Shown here one piece after another: positions 50,101-62,419 of a stretch of 64,000 nucleotides of DNA (its first letter is position 1; every line of letters begins with the position of its first letter). Source of the DNA: Callorhinchus milii (Eukaryota); NCBI RefSeq assembly GCF_018977255.1, contig NW_024704742.1, positions 29,886,001 through 29,950,000 of the forward strand, written 5' to 3'. A program made the position numbers and the translations under genes. The notes below the pieces were generated by a model that was not told the origin of the DNA, did not search any database, and saw only the letters and a program-made list of their open reading frames with translations.

Positions 50101-53100
50101 CCAAACCCTCCCCCCACCTTCCTCTCGGACATTTCCACCCTCCTACCTTCCCTCTCCCTCTGCTCCAAATATCTCCTCATCCTAGGTGACTTCAACCTGC
50201 ACTTCACCCCTCCTGCTCTATCTCCGCTGACTTCTCCTCTCTCCTCCTTAATGAAACAGAGGACGTGAGGGCAGAAGGTTTGGGTAGGTCTAATTATTAT
50301 TGTTGTTATAATAATGAATGTGATGAAGCTGGTGGGAGGTAAAGAACACAAAATGGAGAATTGGCTAAAATACAAAGGGCTTTGAATTACACTGATTGAT
50401 ATCTACCACAGAACTGTGAAGGCAAGCAGGGATAATAGGGTATAAATTGCAATATCACCAAAAAGATTTGTAAATAACGAATCCTGGATGTGTCATATCA
50501 TAATGATAATTCTTGCATTATATATCATATACTTGATCACTTATTCAAAACGTCTCAAATCGCTTCACAGGATTTAATGAGATATACTGACTGTGTATTT
50601 TGTGGGCAAACACGGCAGCCAATTTACACACAGCAATGTCCCATAAACAGCCTGGAAGTGAATTACTAACTTTATCAAGAGGATTGTTGGCCAGGACACC
50701 GGCAGAAACTCTTTTCTCTTTTTGAATATTAGCCTCTTTAATGTCACAACATATCTTGAACAAATAGATTGGGCCTTGTTTTAACATCACATCCAAAGGA
50801 TGACAGCTACAACAATGCACCTCTACCCCACCACTGACCTGGAATGTCATCCTAAACGATGTACTGACATAATTCATGACTCAGGAGCGCTATCAACTGA
50901 GCTCAGACTGAAAACTGACAAATGGGAAGCAAAGGGAACTGGTGTACAATTTGAAAAGCAAAAAGCTACACAGCATAAAGCAGACAAGCAAAACATTTAA
51001 CTGGCCTGAGGTCATCACCAACCATTCCTTGCTCAGTATAAAATACACATCATCTTATTGGGTAAAAGAGTATATGTATAAAGTATGTATATAAAGAACA
51101 AGATAGCTAGTTTGGTTGGTCTGTCTTCTAGCCAGAGGTTAGGAGCACAAAACCTGAAGGTTCAGCCACTGATAATGGCACTGAGAGGGCGGAGAACTCA
51201 CAACAGACCCAAGTTAGCTGAGTGGAGTGGACGAGCAGAGGAGTGAGTTAGGAGAAGATCAGAGAGACAGGGAGGAGCTAGGGTATGAAAGGATTTATAG
51301 GTGAAGGCCACGATTTTGAAATCAATCCGATGGGGACGGGGAAGTACCCTTTTCCATCACTATTCTATTATGCCTTAAACACGTGCTTAACATCTGAATT
51401 CCACATCAAAGAATCCGTATGTTTTAAAAATTAACCAAATTGTTCACTGTGTTTACAATCCTTATTCTCTATCCCCGTCCCCCACCCCATTATCATCCAC
51501 AGTCTGACTTGGAGGAGCTGATGTCGTCTTTCTTCATTAACTGAAGACAGATACCCTTTTAGCTGATCAATGTTTAGTGCTGAAATGGACACAAGATTGA
51601 AAAAAGTACAGTTGACAGATGTTTATTGCATGTTACATTTGGTGTTGGTGCCTGAGGCACCGATCAAGAAAGAGAAACAAACTTACGGCATCTTTCTCAG
51701 GATTGCACACCTTCACCCATAATATGTGGTCGAGTAACCAGTCTATAGGCTTGTCCTTGTAGAACATGATAATGAATTCCACTATTAATGGCAGATCAGC
51801 ATTCTTGAACAACTTTCCTGGATCAAAACAGTAAAGAAATTATTTTTAATATAACCATTCCATACATTTCTGGGCTTATGTAAACCTCCTGAAGAGCCTC
51901 CTGGATCTCTCTGTCATGTTCGACACAGTTGACCACGCCATCCTCCTCCACCGCCTCTCCTCCCTCAACCACCTTAGTGGGACCGCACTCGCATAGTTGG
52001 ATACCTACTTAACCAACTGCCTCCATCTCATCTCTGCAAATGGTTTCTCCTCCTGCCCCCACCCAGTCACCTGCAGGTTTCAAATCTCTTCACTCTCTGG
52101 CACCTCCCTACCTCCCCACACCCCCAATCCACCACCCGGCGCCTCCGCTCGACTGGCACCGGCCTCCTGCTCGTCCCTCGCACCCCCCACCCTACCGTCG
52201 GAGCTCGCGCTTTCAGCCACTAAGCCCCAAATTCTGGAACTCTCTCCTTCAATCCCTCCGCCTTGCCCCTGCTCTCCCCTTTTTCAAGTTCAGCCTGAAG
52301 ACCTTCCTCTTCGACCATGCTTACTGCCACCTCCCCTCCTCCATCACCCACCCACCGGCTCGGAGTCAGGCTCCACCACTGTTTAGAGCTCTGAGACACT
52401 GCCCTGTGCATGGAAGGCGCTGTATAAGTGTAAGTTGTTGTTGTTTTTGTAAACATTGTACTAACCCACAACCATCGACATTCTGTGAAATTAATTCCTA
52501 ATCTACAGATAACTATATAATAATTTGATATAGCATCTTACTTATTACGTTGTTTAAACATCTTAAAGTACTTCGTAGAATTGACTGTAAGAAAGAGGGC
52601 CTCCTGCTCGGCCTCCTCTCCTCAGCTGCTGACACTATCATCATTCATGGCTGCACTAGTCACCTCACCGAGCCAATCCAAAACCTCAGTGTGCTTTTCG
52701 ACCCTCAGCTATGTTTCGAACTCTTCATTCATGCCGTGACCCATTCTGCCTTTCCACACTTCTGCAACATTGTCTGCCTCTGCAACTGCCACTCACTGCA
52801 GGCCACCGAGACCCTGATCCACGTTTTCATTACGTCCTGGCTTGACTACGCAAACTGCCTGTTCACTGGACTTCCCAACTCTTCCCCCACCCCACAGATT
52901 ATTCAGAACTCTGCAGCTCGTGTCCTCTCCTACATCAGGCTCCGGAAACCTATCATCCCGTTCTTGCCTGGCTTCACTGGCTCCCCATTCCTCAGAAAAT
53001 CAAGTACAAAACCCTTGTTCTTACCTTCAAGGCCCTCCACGGTCTTGCTCCCCCCTAACCTCTCCGACCTCAGAACCCCATATCAGCCTGTCCGTTCCCT

Positions 53101-56100
53101 CTGCTCAGCGGACACTGGCCTGCTTCAGGGCCCCCACACTTCCCACCATTAGCGGTCGGGCATTCAGCATCTCTGCCCCCACACTCTGGAACTCTATCGC
53201 GCAATCCCTCCGCCTCACCCCCTCTCTTGCCTCCTTCGTCCAGTCTGAAGATCTTCCTCTTCGACCATGCCTTGGCCCCCCTGCCCTCCTCCCCTTCTGA
53301 CCACAAATCCCAGCTTGAGTCCAAAACCCCTAGTGGTCCTGGGACATCTGGGACATCTTTCCAACATGAAAGGTGCTTATACAAGTGTAATTTGTTGTTT
53401 TTGTTGTAAAGTTTAGAGACTGTGGATTTGTAGGTAAACTTGGCCAGAGCAATATCCCACAAACAGCCAAGAAGTAGATGATCAATTTTATCTCGGGGAT
53501 TGTTGGCCATGATACTGGGAGAAATAGATGTACCTTTGAAATGACACAGAATGTTATCAGCATTAGTACCATGTTATCAAGGTTTCACTTATAAAGAGAG
53601 ACATGAAAACATGGGACTTTTTTCACTGGACCTAAGAAGGTTGAAGGGTGACCTAATAGAGGCCTTCAAGATTGTTATAGAATAAATAGCAATAGAATAT
53701 TTCCACTGGCTGGTGATTAATTTCTTTGCATCGAGGGTAGTAGGAATGTAGAATTCTCTGCTGCAAAAGCATTGTTGAAGCAGAATCCGTAAATTCGTTT
53801 TAAAGGGAATTATATCCAGTAGATGCTTGCAAAAGAATAGTTAAGGGTATGGGAAGAGACACATTAGACTAGGTGGCTGATGTGGAGAGAAACACGAGCC
53901 TTTGTGCCCTAATATTGTATGATTTCCATGCAGAAAAGTTTCCACTCTGTAACCTTAAATGGTCTTTTCACTGAAGGTAACTTCACTCCACAACAGATTA
54001 GCTCTCAGACTTACCCAAAGCTCCTGCCCTCATTAAATTTACTACAGGGCAGCACTGTTTCAATAAAGTGTTGTTTTGCCCTATTTCTAGTGGGAGTGCT
54101 TTGAATAAAATGTACTCCCTGTTGACCTTAGCTTCTTTTTACCTTTTTACCTCAGCATTGTTTAATTTATTTAGGACATTCACTGCAGTTGAATAGTTAG
54201 AAACTCAAGCCACTTCTTTAAGGAAGGATTCAGATTAGATCGCTTCCATTGACATTATCCTGATTACAGGAGCGGCCAATTCTGTAAATAAGATAGAATA
54301 ATTTCCATAGAATTGCATTCTACGCATGTCGCATTTCTAGGAGATTAGCTCAAAGTCAATTTTGAACCTGTGTCCTCTTTTTAGTTTGAAAATACGTTCT
54401 CAATTTTAACATGTACCAAGTACTAGCTATGTTTCCAACTCCTCCCTCCCAAGTTTCTCCTCTTTTTAAAATCTAGCAAAATTTCAAGTAAATGTCTTCT
54501 ATCGACCCACATCAATTATTTTGTGAAGAATATAAACTAACCCTTTGCTCCTGAGGCTTCTGACAGTTCTGCTCTCCAAATGAATGGCAAGTAAACATGC
54601 AATGCAGATGGGGAATTAAAGACTTCCCTCCCTCCCTATGGGAGAGAGTCCTGTCTGCATTCAAGTAGTGACTTCAAACAACCCACGCAGTGACAGGAAC
54701 TCAGCAATTATAAGAAATGACTATTGCTCCACCTTGCTGTTTGGCTTACCATAAACTCACCCATGAATTCACTTGAGGGAAGAAAGTGTATTTTGCTCAA
54801 TCCTTAAAGATCAACAAGTAGTAAAACACAGGTGTATTCCAGCAATACAGGAATTAACATCTTCTTTGGGCATTTGATCATTTATATCAATCTTTATAGC
54901 CTTCAATCCTGTAATCAAAACTGTATTTAGGCTCTAAGTTCTACCTCGTCCAGGACTATTTTGTCTTAAGAATTGGGGAAAAATCCTAAAGCCAGCAGAT
55001 TGCTTTAAGAACTGCAGAAAGATTCCTTCCAAATTCACTCTCAAATTGAAGATTTTTTTCTACAGTTTGGCATAATCTTAAATTGTAAAGACAAAACTTA
55101 ATTAAAGGTAGGTTTGAATTGTACAAACTAGGGGGAATTTTCAGATTGCATATTTGCATACTTAAGTAGTTTTGCTTCGAGCACCTTTGATATCTTTACA
55201 ATCTAGTGGGTTTGGGCTGGCACACCCATCTAAAAGCACGTATCCCCGGCCACCTGCAGAGACTTATTGATAAATATTATGTTGCCAGCCTTGAAAAAGT
55301 CTCTTCTACTCACACTAATTTTTCAAATAGACTCAACTATCATAAACTTTATTTTATTCTGTTCACATAAATACGCGGGAGAGTTATTAATGGAAAGGTT
55401 TATGAAATAAATAACACTTCCCTTTCTCTCACTCCTCAACTTATGTTTGTCCATGCATCTGTCGGATAATCCAAGAGGCGACTGAATAACTATTTGGCAA
55501 AGAAATTGGTTGAGGGGCTATTAGAGATAGAATGTTTCTAGGGGTCCAGAACATGGTAATGATAATTATCACTTGCCCTAAAGGTACAATTTAAACCTAT
55601 CTTTAATTATCAACACGTTTGGGAGTGATACACCCCTTCCCACAACTATAGTAGAGGCCCATTACAACACAGTAGTTGGGGGTCCATAAAATCCCACTTT
55701 ATAATGGTGCGCGCAGTTAGTCAGTGCCTCTACAATGTGAAGTTACTGATCATAGGACCTCACTGACATCACTGCACTAAAAAGATGGCTGACTTCCTGG
55801 TCATCAGGTCACCACGTTTCGGTCACAAAATATACAGTCAGTACACAGTATATTCTGTGAAATGCTTTGAGACGTCTCAAAGATGTGATAAGGCGCTATA
55901 TCAAATGCAAGGATTATTATTATTATTCATATCAGGTCACCACTGACATCACTTTCTGCACACTGCACTACACAGAAAGATGCTAGACTCACAAGGCACC
56001 ATGAAACCTACTAGCCTGAGTAGATGAAGTTGTGCTTTGTCATTTCCTGTGCACTGAGCATAGATATGAGCGAAGGAAAGCCAAGATCAGATCATTTAGA

Positions 56101-59100
56101 GCAATTAGAGGTTGTTAAAATTCTCACTGTCGCAACCATTTCCTGGGTATAATGGCCAGACTTCAGTACATCACACACAGGAATCCTGCTGTCAATGATC
56201 TTTTAAAATGGATTCTGTGAGGATTTTAGTTTCCAGATTTTCTGTGCTGCTTGTGATTGCAGTTCTTTATTTACTTGTAATAAATTTGCAGTTTCAATGT
56301 GATTTGGTGTTAAAAAAGAATACAATTTTTTTTAACCAGGAACTTCCTTTCTTTAATAATAATAAATAATCTTTGCATTTGATATAGCGCTTTTCACGTA
56401 TTCTCGACGTCTCAAAGCGCTTCAAAGAATAGACTGTAAAGTGAATTGACCATATATTTGTGGGCAAAATGCGGCAGCCAATTGCGCATAACAGTGTCCC
56501 ACAAACAGTCGTGGATTGGAAATGACCAATTTATCATTGTTTTGTTTTGGAGGGATTATTATTAGGAGTAAGGAAACTTGCCCAAGGTTTCGCCCTGCCT
56601 GGAATTGAACCCAGGTGTCTCGCTTGCAAGGCGAGTGCTCTAACCACTGAGCTACAGGACTCCACAGGACTCGTCTTTAGATGAATAGACGAGTGCAAAG
56701 ATGAAAGTACTGTACTCTGGTGTTAATCACTCAGATTATGTGTAGGCAGATGCCTCTCCATCACAGAGCTTTCAAGTTCACTACAGCGACTGTGTTTTCT
56801 CTCTATGCTAGCCTGGAGGCATGGAAACTCAGCCGTGCAACACTAACTAGTGAACGAAAAGGTTGATCTGGGACAGTAGCTTCTGAAAGATGTGGTCAAC
56901 CCCATTGTTCATTTACTGGAGGTGAAATTCTCTACTCTTATTCAGTACTATATCTTTCCATTGTACAATGCTTCCATTGTAACTTAAGTTACACATTCTC
57001 CCAGTAGAGATATATTTGAATGTGGGTAGATGCATTCGCCTACAAAATAGTCACTACACTTTCCTGTGAAATGTTGTGGGATGTGCTTCCGATATGAAAG
57101 GCGCTATATCAAATGCAAGGACCATTACTTATATTAGTAGATAATTGAAGACAGAGTCATAAAGTAAGAAACCTGTTTAACCTTTTGGAAATTTTTTTGT
57201 AAAGAACATGCAGAGAAAAAAGTTTGGCCAGCATTCGTTGGCATTTATCGTACAGTCAGACCTCAACACTGGCCTGTGATTGAATCTGTAAAATCAGAGC
57301 CATGTTAGAACAGGTCGATTGATACAAATAGCCACTGCTCAGTGCTTCTGGGTCATTTGCTGACATTACTTCCAGCTTTTAACATTCACTGGCAGCTTTC
57401 AGTTGGGTGCAGTCTTCAGGAAGCTGGACAGTCAACGTGACTGCTTTGGCCGGGGTTTCCAGCACTTACCAAGAAGTGCTGGAAACTTTCTGTGCCTGTA
57501 TGCATGCCATGCCCATGATTTTGGGCAACTACAGCCACAAACCAGATGTGTACCTCACCTCTGGTACACCCCAGGTCCACGTGCACCCCTGCACTATACA
57601 ACAACAACATTATTATTAAGCACAGTGTAATGTAGTCTGGCTATACACTGCAATGTCAAAATGCAGTTTGAATCAAACTATATTGCTGCGCTGCAAAAAA
57701 TACAATGTTTTGCTCGTGTCCAACATCACAAGACAGACTTGACATGTGTTTTTTCCGGCTGATCTTCCTTCTGCTGACCAATACACTATTTAAAGACAGT
57801 GAAAAAGGCTCTTTAGACTATTTTATCTCATACTTCCAAAGCACACTTTACACCATCCTCCCATTTCAGTCTCTTTCTTTAGGCATCAAGCTGTCAGACA
57901 TTTCTCTGGCTCTCAACTCAATCATTCTCCTCGATGGCCCTCAACTGTTGGCTCATATTCAATGTAAATTCAATTTGTTATGCTTACATTAGGAGTGTGC
58001 TTGGATCAGATAGCTTATGATAAAGAAATACCTAGTTTGCAAATCTTTGGCAACAGTCATCAGCAATTTCATCGAAATAAAAAGAGGAAACACTCAAAAA
58101 CAACAATGCTTGAAAAAGTGATTACATGGCTAGAATTTGCAACAGATAAGTATGTCTGCATAATACTTTGAGCTGGGATCAGCCTCAATCACCCTTTTTA
58201 GTAATCTGTTCCAGTCATTAATGAAGGAAATACTTCCTGATAAATGTCCTGAATTGGCCCTTTGCAACCCTGAACCTGTGACCTTCTTGTTCTGATGTCT
58301 CAGTGTATCGGAACATATTGTTCTGCGTTTACTTTTGCAATCCCATTTAAAATCTCATGTACAACAACAAATCACATTTGTATAGCGCCTTTCAAGCCAG
58401 GAGATCATCCCAAGGCACTGGACAGTTAAGGATTTGCATCCGATCAAGAAGGGGGCAGGGAAGGTGGGGGTAGGAGGGTGACCGTTCGAAGAGGAAGTTC
58501 TTGAATTAGGCCTTCAAGGAGGCAAGGGAATGGGCGAGGCGAAGGGACTGTGAGACGGAGTTCCACAGGGTGGGGATACTTCTTTAAGGTGCTGAGACAG
58601 CTCTCCTCAAGACAGCAGAACCCCAGCTTGTCTATTCTTTGCTTGTTTAAAGACAGTCTCTTTTATAAATCCAGCAGCATTTTCAGTATGGTATCACCAA
58701 ATGTAATTAGAATGAGTTGCTGAATGAAGACCACTGAAATGTATTGATTGATGTAAGATAGATAACTGGGAAACTGATACTGCAGCTTTAAGCAATGTGG
58801 TCATCAACAAAGCACCAGCTGGGCAGCAGGCTGTTTGTGGGCTGACACCTGATCCTCTTTTCAATTAAAAAGGGGCAAACATTAATAAATGTGAAAAGTA
58901 TGAAGATACGAACAACAAGGCACCTACTGTGAGCGGGGCTATCAAGTAACAGACCAATGTGTTGGATAGGATGCTATGCTGTTCATTAAAATATCGTGAA
59001 GACAAGTATGTCATTCTCGAGCAGTTTGTGAAGAGAAACAAGCTGATTTTAAAACATGACTTTTGTGTGATCATATTATTTCTACCATTAGTAAGCTTTC

Positions 59101-60483
59101 AAACCCAGGCTCCTAAAGGTTTCTGAAATCTGTTTCATGTTTAAAGATTTGCAATATTGCAGTAGCTATGAAAATGGAGGATGTTGCGGCTCAAATGTCA
59201 GCATTCATTTGTGGAAGTAGACTTCAATTTGTTCCTTAAAAGCTACACCCTATTGAGGATGTAAAATGTACGAAACTTGATAGCATTTCTGCAAACTGAA
59301 TTTTGCTCCAAATTCTGAAATACAGTACAGCTCTTTTGTATTTAAAGTACAAAAATCCTACAAAATAACTCTCTGTTTTATAATATGATTAACAGTTAGC
59401 ATTTTCTTTTGGAAACAATTGCGAACGAAAAACACAAGCCTTTTTGTATTTTTGTTAAGGCACGAAACGTGAATGAAGACCTTGTTTCCAATATCAAGAC
59501 ACGGCTGAATATACTTAGAAATGAAAATCTATTTCTATTTCATTTTGTCAGCTCATACAAAAGGCAACTCAATCTCTGTTAAAATTCTGGACAATGTGAG
59601 ATTTCAGATGTCATTGTTGGCCGATGACAACAGCACCCAAAATGAAAGCCAATGTGAGATTTGAGTCAAGATTCCACCTGGGTCTTGGTTTTCTCTACAT
59701 AATGTCTCAGTGAAGATCCTTCCACTTCGACTGTGCTTACGGTCACCTCCTCCCTCCCCCTGGCTCGGTGTCGGGCTCTGCCGTTAAGCGCTCTGAGACA
59801 CTGACCCGCGTGGAGCACTATATAAATGCAAATTGTTGTTGTAGTGCCACTGTCACATCTCAAACAAAATTGAGATTGATTCCAGAGGCTGGAGGGAAAA
59901 AACGTTGGACGATTCCAGAGGCTGGACGTCCGAGAAGTTGTGTGTGATCTTATACAGTCAGTGCTGGCAGTCTGTGGGGATATCACAGCTGAGCTGGATC
60001 CTGTCCCACACTCATCTACACTTGATCACTTTTTAGTAGAGGCCAATGATAGTGACCTAAATTAGGTTCACGTGTTTCTTCCCTAACCTGAGGTGCTGAA
60101 GCCTTACTGCTCTACTCCCCCGCTGAGATTATCCAATTCATCCCAGGCCTGGGAACTTCTCCAGTCTGTATGGCATGGTTTTGCATGAGATCTATCCTGA
60201 GCCAACTGAGAAAGTGATTTCATAAAAGTTCATTACAGTTCATTAAAGACTTTCTGAGAAATAAGAATATTTAAAGCAGTTTTCAAATACCTACTGAACA
60301 TTCAGTCCCAAATGGACCCACTTCCACATATAAAAATGATCTGACTACAGTATAGTTAGTTGTTTTACCAATAAATCCAAGCTGGGAAAACTCCAGGATC
60401 ATCCAATCATCAGAAGGCTGCTGCTGTGCAAAGTTTTTTATGGTCTGTAAATAGTTGTTTTTTGCTATAATATCATCCTCTAA
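37780..60483 (-). CDS. MGAT4D: Alpha-1,3-mannosyl-glycoprotein 4-beta-N-acetylglucosaminyltransferase (MGAT4/GnT-IV family, MGAT4D by position), 5'-partial: join(60483-60369,51817-51687,46751-46644,45373-45180,43929-43851,42791-42704,38882-38770,37803-37780); 283 aa + stop
   Basis: Eight GT-AG exons (115,131,108,194,79,88,113,24 nt) splice in frame. Motifs [63 protein letters not shown] and SPVWVLLSE. Family is certain; the D assignment rests on lying immediately upstream of CLGN on the same strand, and the sequence itself resembles MGAT4A/B. Confidence 0.8.
38770..38882 (-). CDS. MGAT4D: MGAT4 lectin-domain exon ([37 protein letters not shown])
   Basis: 113 nt, AAG/GTAAA. Confidence 0.9.
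39103..39660 (-). mobile_element. L2-clade LINE 3' fragment, degenerate
   Basis: Similar to the other L2 3' ends, with (TTG)n tail. Confidence 0.75.
42704..42791 (-). CDS. MGAT4D: MGAT4 lectin-domain exon ([30 protein letters not shown])
   Basis: 88 nt, CAG/GTAAG; DGYxxIG motif. Confidence 0.85.
42959..43425 (-). mobile_element. L2-clade LINE 3' fragment
   Basis: [30 protein letters not shown] and [13 protein letters not shown] motifs; (TTG)n tail. Confidence 0.88.
43851..43929 (-). CDS. MGAT4D: MGAT4 lectin-domain exon ([26 protein letters not shown])
   Basis: 79 nt, CAG/GTAAG; not in the ORF track, read by hand. Confidence 0.9.
45180..45373 (-). CDS. MGAT4D: MGAT4 exon, linker + start of lectin domain ([28 protein letters not shown]...[25 protein letters not shown])
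   Basis: 194 nt, AAG/GTTAG. Confidence 0.9.
46276..46591 (+). mobile_element. Full-length tRNA-derived SINE, same family
   Basis: Head with A/B boxes, conserved body and (ATT)n tail. Confidence 0.9.
46644..46751 (-). CDS. MGAT4D: MGAT4 exon ([36 protein letters not shown])
   Basis: 108 nt, CAG/GTAAG. Confidence 0.9.
46794..46909 (-). mobile_element. 5'-truncated SINE copy, ~40 nt upstream of the 108-nt MGAT4 exon
   Basis: Tail sequence reverse-complementary to 46480-46591. Confidence 0.88.
49690..50250 (+). mobile_element. L2/CR1-type LINE APE-endonuclease fragment, frameshifted
   Basis: [16 protein letters not shown]..., PPGYTFHH..R and ILGDFNLH endonuclease motifs across frames. Confidence 0.8.
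51687..51817 (-). CDS. MGAT4D: MGAT4 exon ([43 protein letters not shown])
   Basis: 131 nt, CAG/GTAAG. Confidence 0.9.
51895..52445 (+). mobile_element. L2-clade LINE fragment (RT piece joined to 3' end)
   Basis: [22 protein letters not shown]-like motif, then FWNSL...[10 protein letters not shown] and the L2 tail. Confidence 0.8.
52600..53407 (+). mobile_element. L2-clade LINE 3' fragment
   Basis: [48 protein letters not shown]2 C-terminal motifs. Confidence 0.88.
56355..56663 (-). mobile_element. Full-length tRNA-derived SINE, same family
   Basis: Reverse-complement match to the copy at 46276-46591. Confidence 0.9.
60369..60483 (-). CDS. MGAT4D: MGAT4 exon ([39 protein letters not shown])
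   Basis: 115 nt, CAG/GTAAA; EDD catalytic motif. Confidence 0.9.
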
Positions 60484-60557
60484 CTGTAACAAAGACAAAA
60501 AGAAACAAACAGTAAGTCTTCTTTAAGCGAGCAAGACATTTGAAAGAAATGAAACTA

Positions 60558-61287
60558 CAGTGAACCTCTGAAAACTCGCCCCTGGAATAAGTTGTTAACC
60601 CTACATAACCAGTCACTCATTCATATTCCGCTATTTCCCATAAGAAATGTTAATTATGTTCGTCTGATAACTAGTCACCTTGGATATCTCATAACTAGTC
60701 AGGTTTTCACACTTTTAAGATGGTGTCTCCATGTTACATACCTCTGATAACTCATTATTTTATTTGGTCTTCAAATCTCAAAGCAATTCAGGAATTTTTA
60801 ACAGGGATGAAAATGTCATATGTCTCAGGTGAGGTGAGTACTGTACTTCCCCGTCTTCCTCCTTCCGCTAACTTCATTCAAGTGGTGTAGTGCGCAGGTA
60901 AAAGGTTCCCTTTCCTGTGACCTTGTTTGGGTTATGCTTAAGTTTTAAACTTCTGATCAGTTATCAGTATTCTAATCAGCTAGTGTTTTTGTGTCTGTGG
61001 CCTTTTTGTGCTATGTGTTGTGTTATCAGCTTGCTTGTAGTTTATGTATCCACATAGTTCATGTTCACCATTCAGTTTTTGTATTTGTATATGAGCCACT
61101 GTAAATGTCTTTAACACTTATGTGAGTATTTTGAATTAAGAAAAATTTAAAGAAATTTAATTTCTTTCTCGGGCAGATTCAAATACTTTGTACTTTTGAA
61201 ATACTGTGCTCTGGATAACTCGTCAACTCTGAAAAGTAGTCATTTAACCATTTTCCCTTAGGGTGATGAGTTATCAGAGTTTCACTG
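60558..61287. mobile_element. Non-autonomous Tigger/pogo-like DNA transposon (MITE), ~730 bp
   Basis: Terminal inverted repeats CAGTGAACCTCTGAAAACTC / GAGTTATCAGAGTTTCACTG, left TA target site, repeated subterminal CTGATAACT motifs. Confidence 0.7.
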
Positions 61288-61893
61288 CATTTCCAAGAGG
61301 ATGACTGTTTCAATAAAGCTCATGGTAATGCTAAGGTAGTTGGATGTTCAGTATAGTGCATTGATTATGATCCTGTGCTGTGATCCATTGTTGGGGTGAC
61401 CGACTGTTACCCAAAACAAAATAAAACTGCCCACAAACTCACAGCACAACTTGAGGCATGAGAATAGTTGACGCTTTCAATTTCACAAAAAAGCTATAAA
61501 TAATGCAGGTGGGACATTTAAAATACAAAAATCCTGTTTTGAAGAAAATGTAACTTGTTTCTTTTTCTTGTCAACCATCCAGTTTATGCACTATTACTTG
61601 GGTAAATTTGGATTTCCATTTTTAGCTGCTTTAGGACATAATTAAAAGGCAATCAAAAGGATATTACTTTGTGCATCACAAAGATTTGCAGCACAGCGTG
61701 GATCTCAATGCTATAAAGTACATGAAAAAAATTAAATGGGATCTCAGAGGCATAGACAGTGAGTTTGCCACCTATTGTTGAAGTGTCTCCTAGAAGGTGG
61801 CCATCACTTATCTCCTGGTGGCCAGAGCACTCAAGAATTCGATCAGTTTGTTTTCCCTTAATGTGCTGTATATCTATTAACCAAATACAACCA

Positions 61894-62419
61894 ACAATCA
61901 ATTCACTTTACCGTATATTGTGTGAAGTGCTTCGAGACGTCTATAAGATGTGAAAAGCGCTATATCAAATGCAAGGATTATTATTATAGATGTAAGCGAT
62001 CCTTTCATTTTTATATTGTGTGCTTCCACTACAGTAGAATGCCAGTTTTCTACATATCTATTTGTCCGCATCAGGTTTGGATGTGGTAGTGGATGTGGGA
62101 CTGTGAGATACCAGCAAAAAACTCCAGCGATACACCTAAAAGTTAGATCTATGTGCAAGGTTATCAGGGACATCATTGAGTGTCAGTGCGAGAATTGCTA
62201 TATACTTCTCAACTGCTAGAAAGTCCCTCAAAGTCCCACATCCATTACCACATCCAAACCTGATGTGGGACTTTCTAGCAGTTGAGAAGTATATAGCAAG
62301 TATATAGAAAGGATCGCTTACACCTATAATAATAATCCTTGCATTTGATATAGCGCTTTTCACATCTTATAAACATCTCAAAACCCTTCACACAATGTAC
62401 TGTAAAGTGAATTGATTGT
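61894..62419. repeat. Nested inverted duplication
   Basis: Outer arms 61894-62006 / 62307-62419; second pair 62069-62107 / 62227-62265; perfect 33-bp pair 62195-62227 / 62267-62299. Confidence 0.9.
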
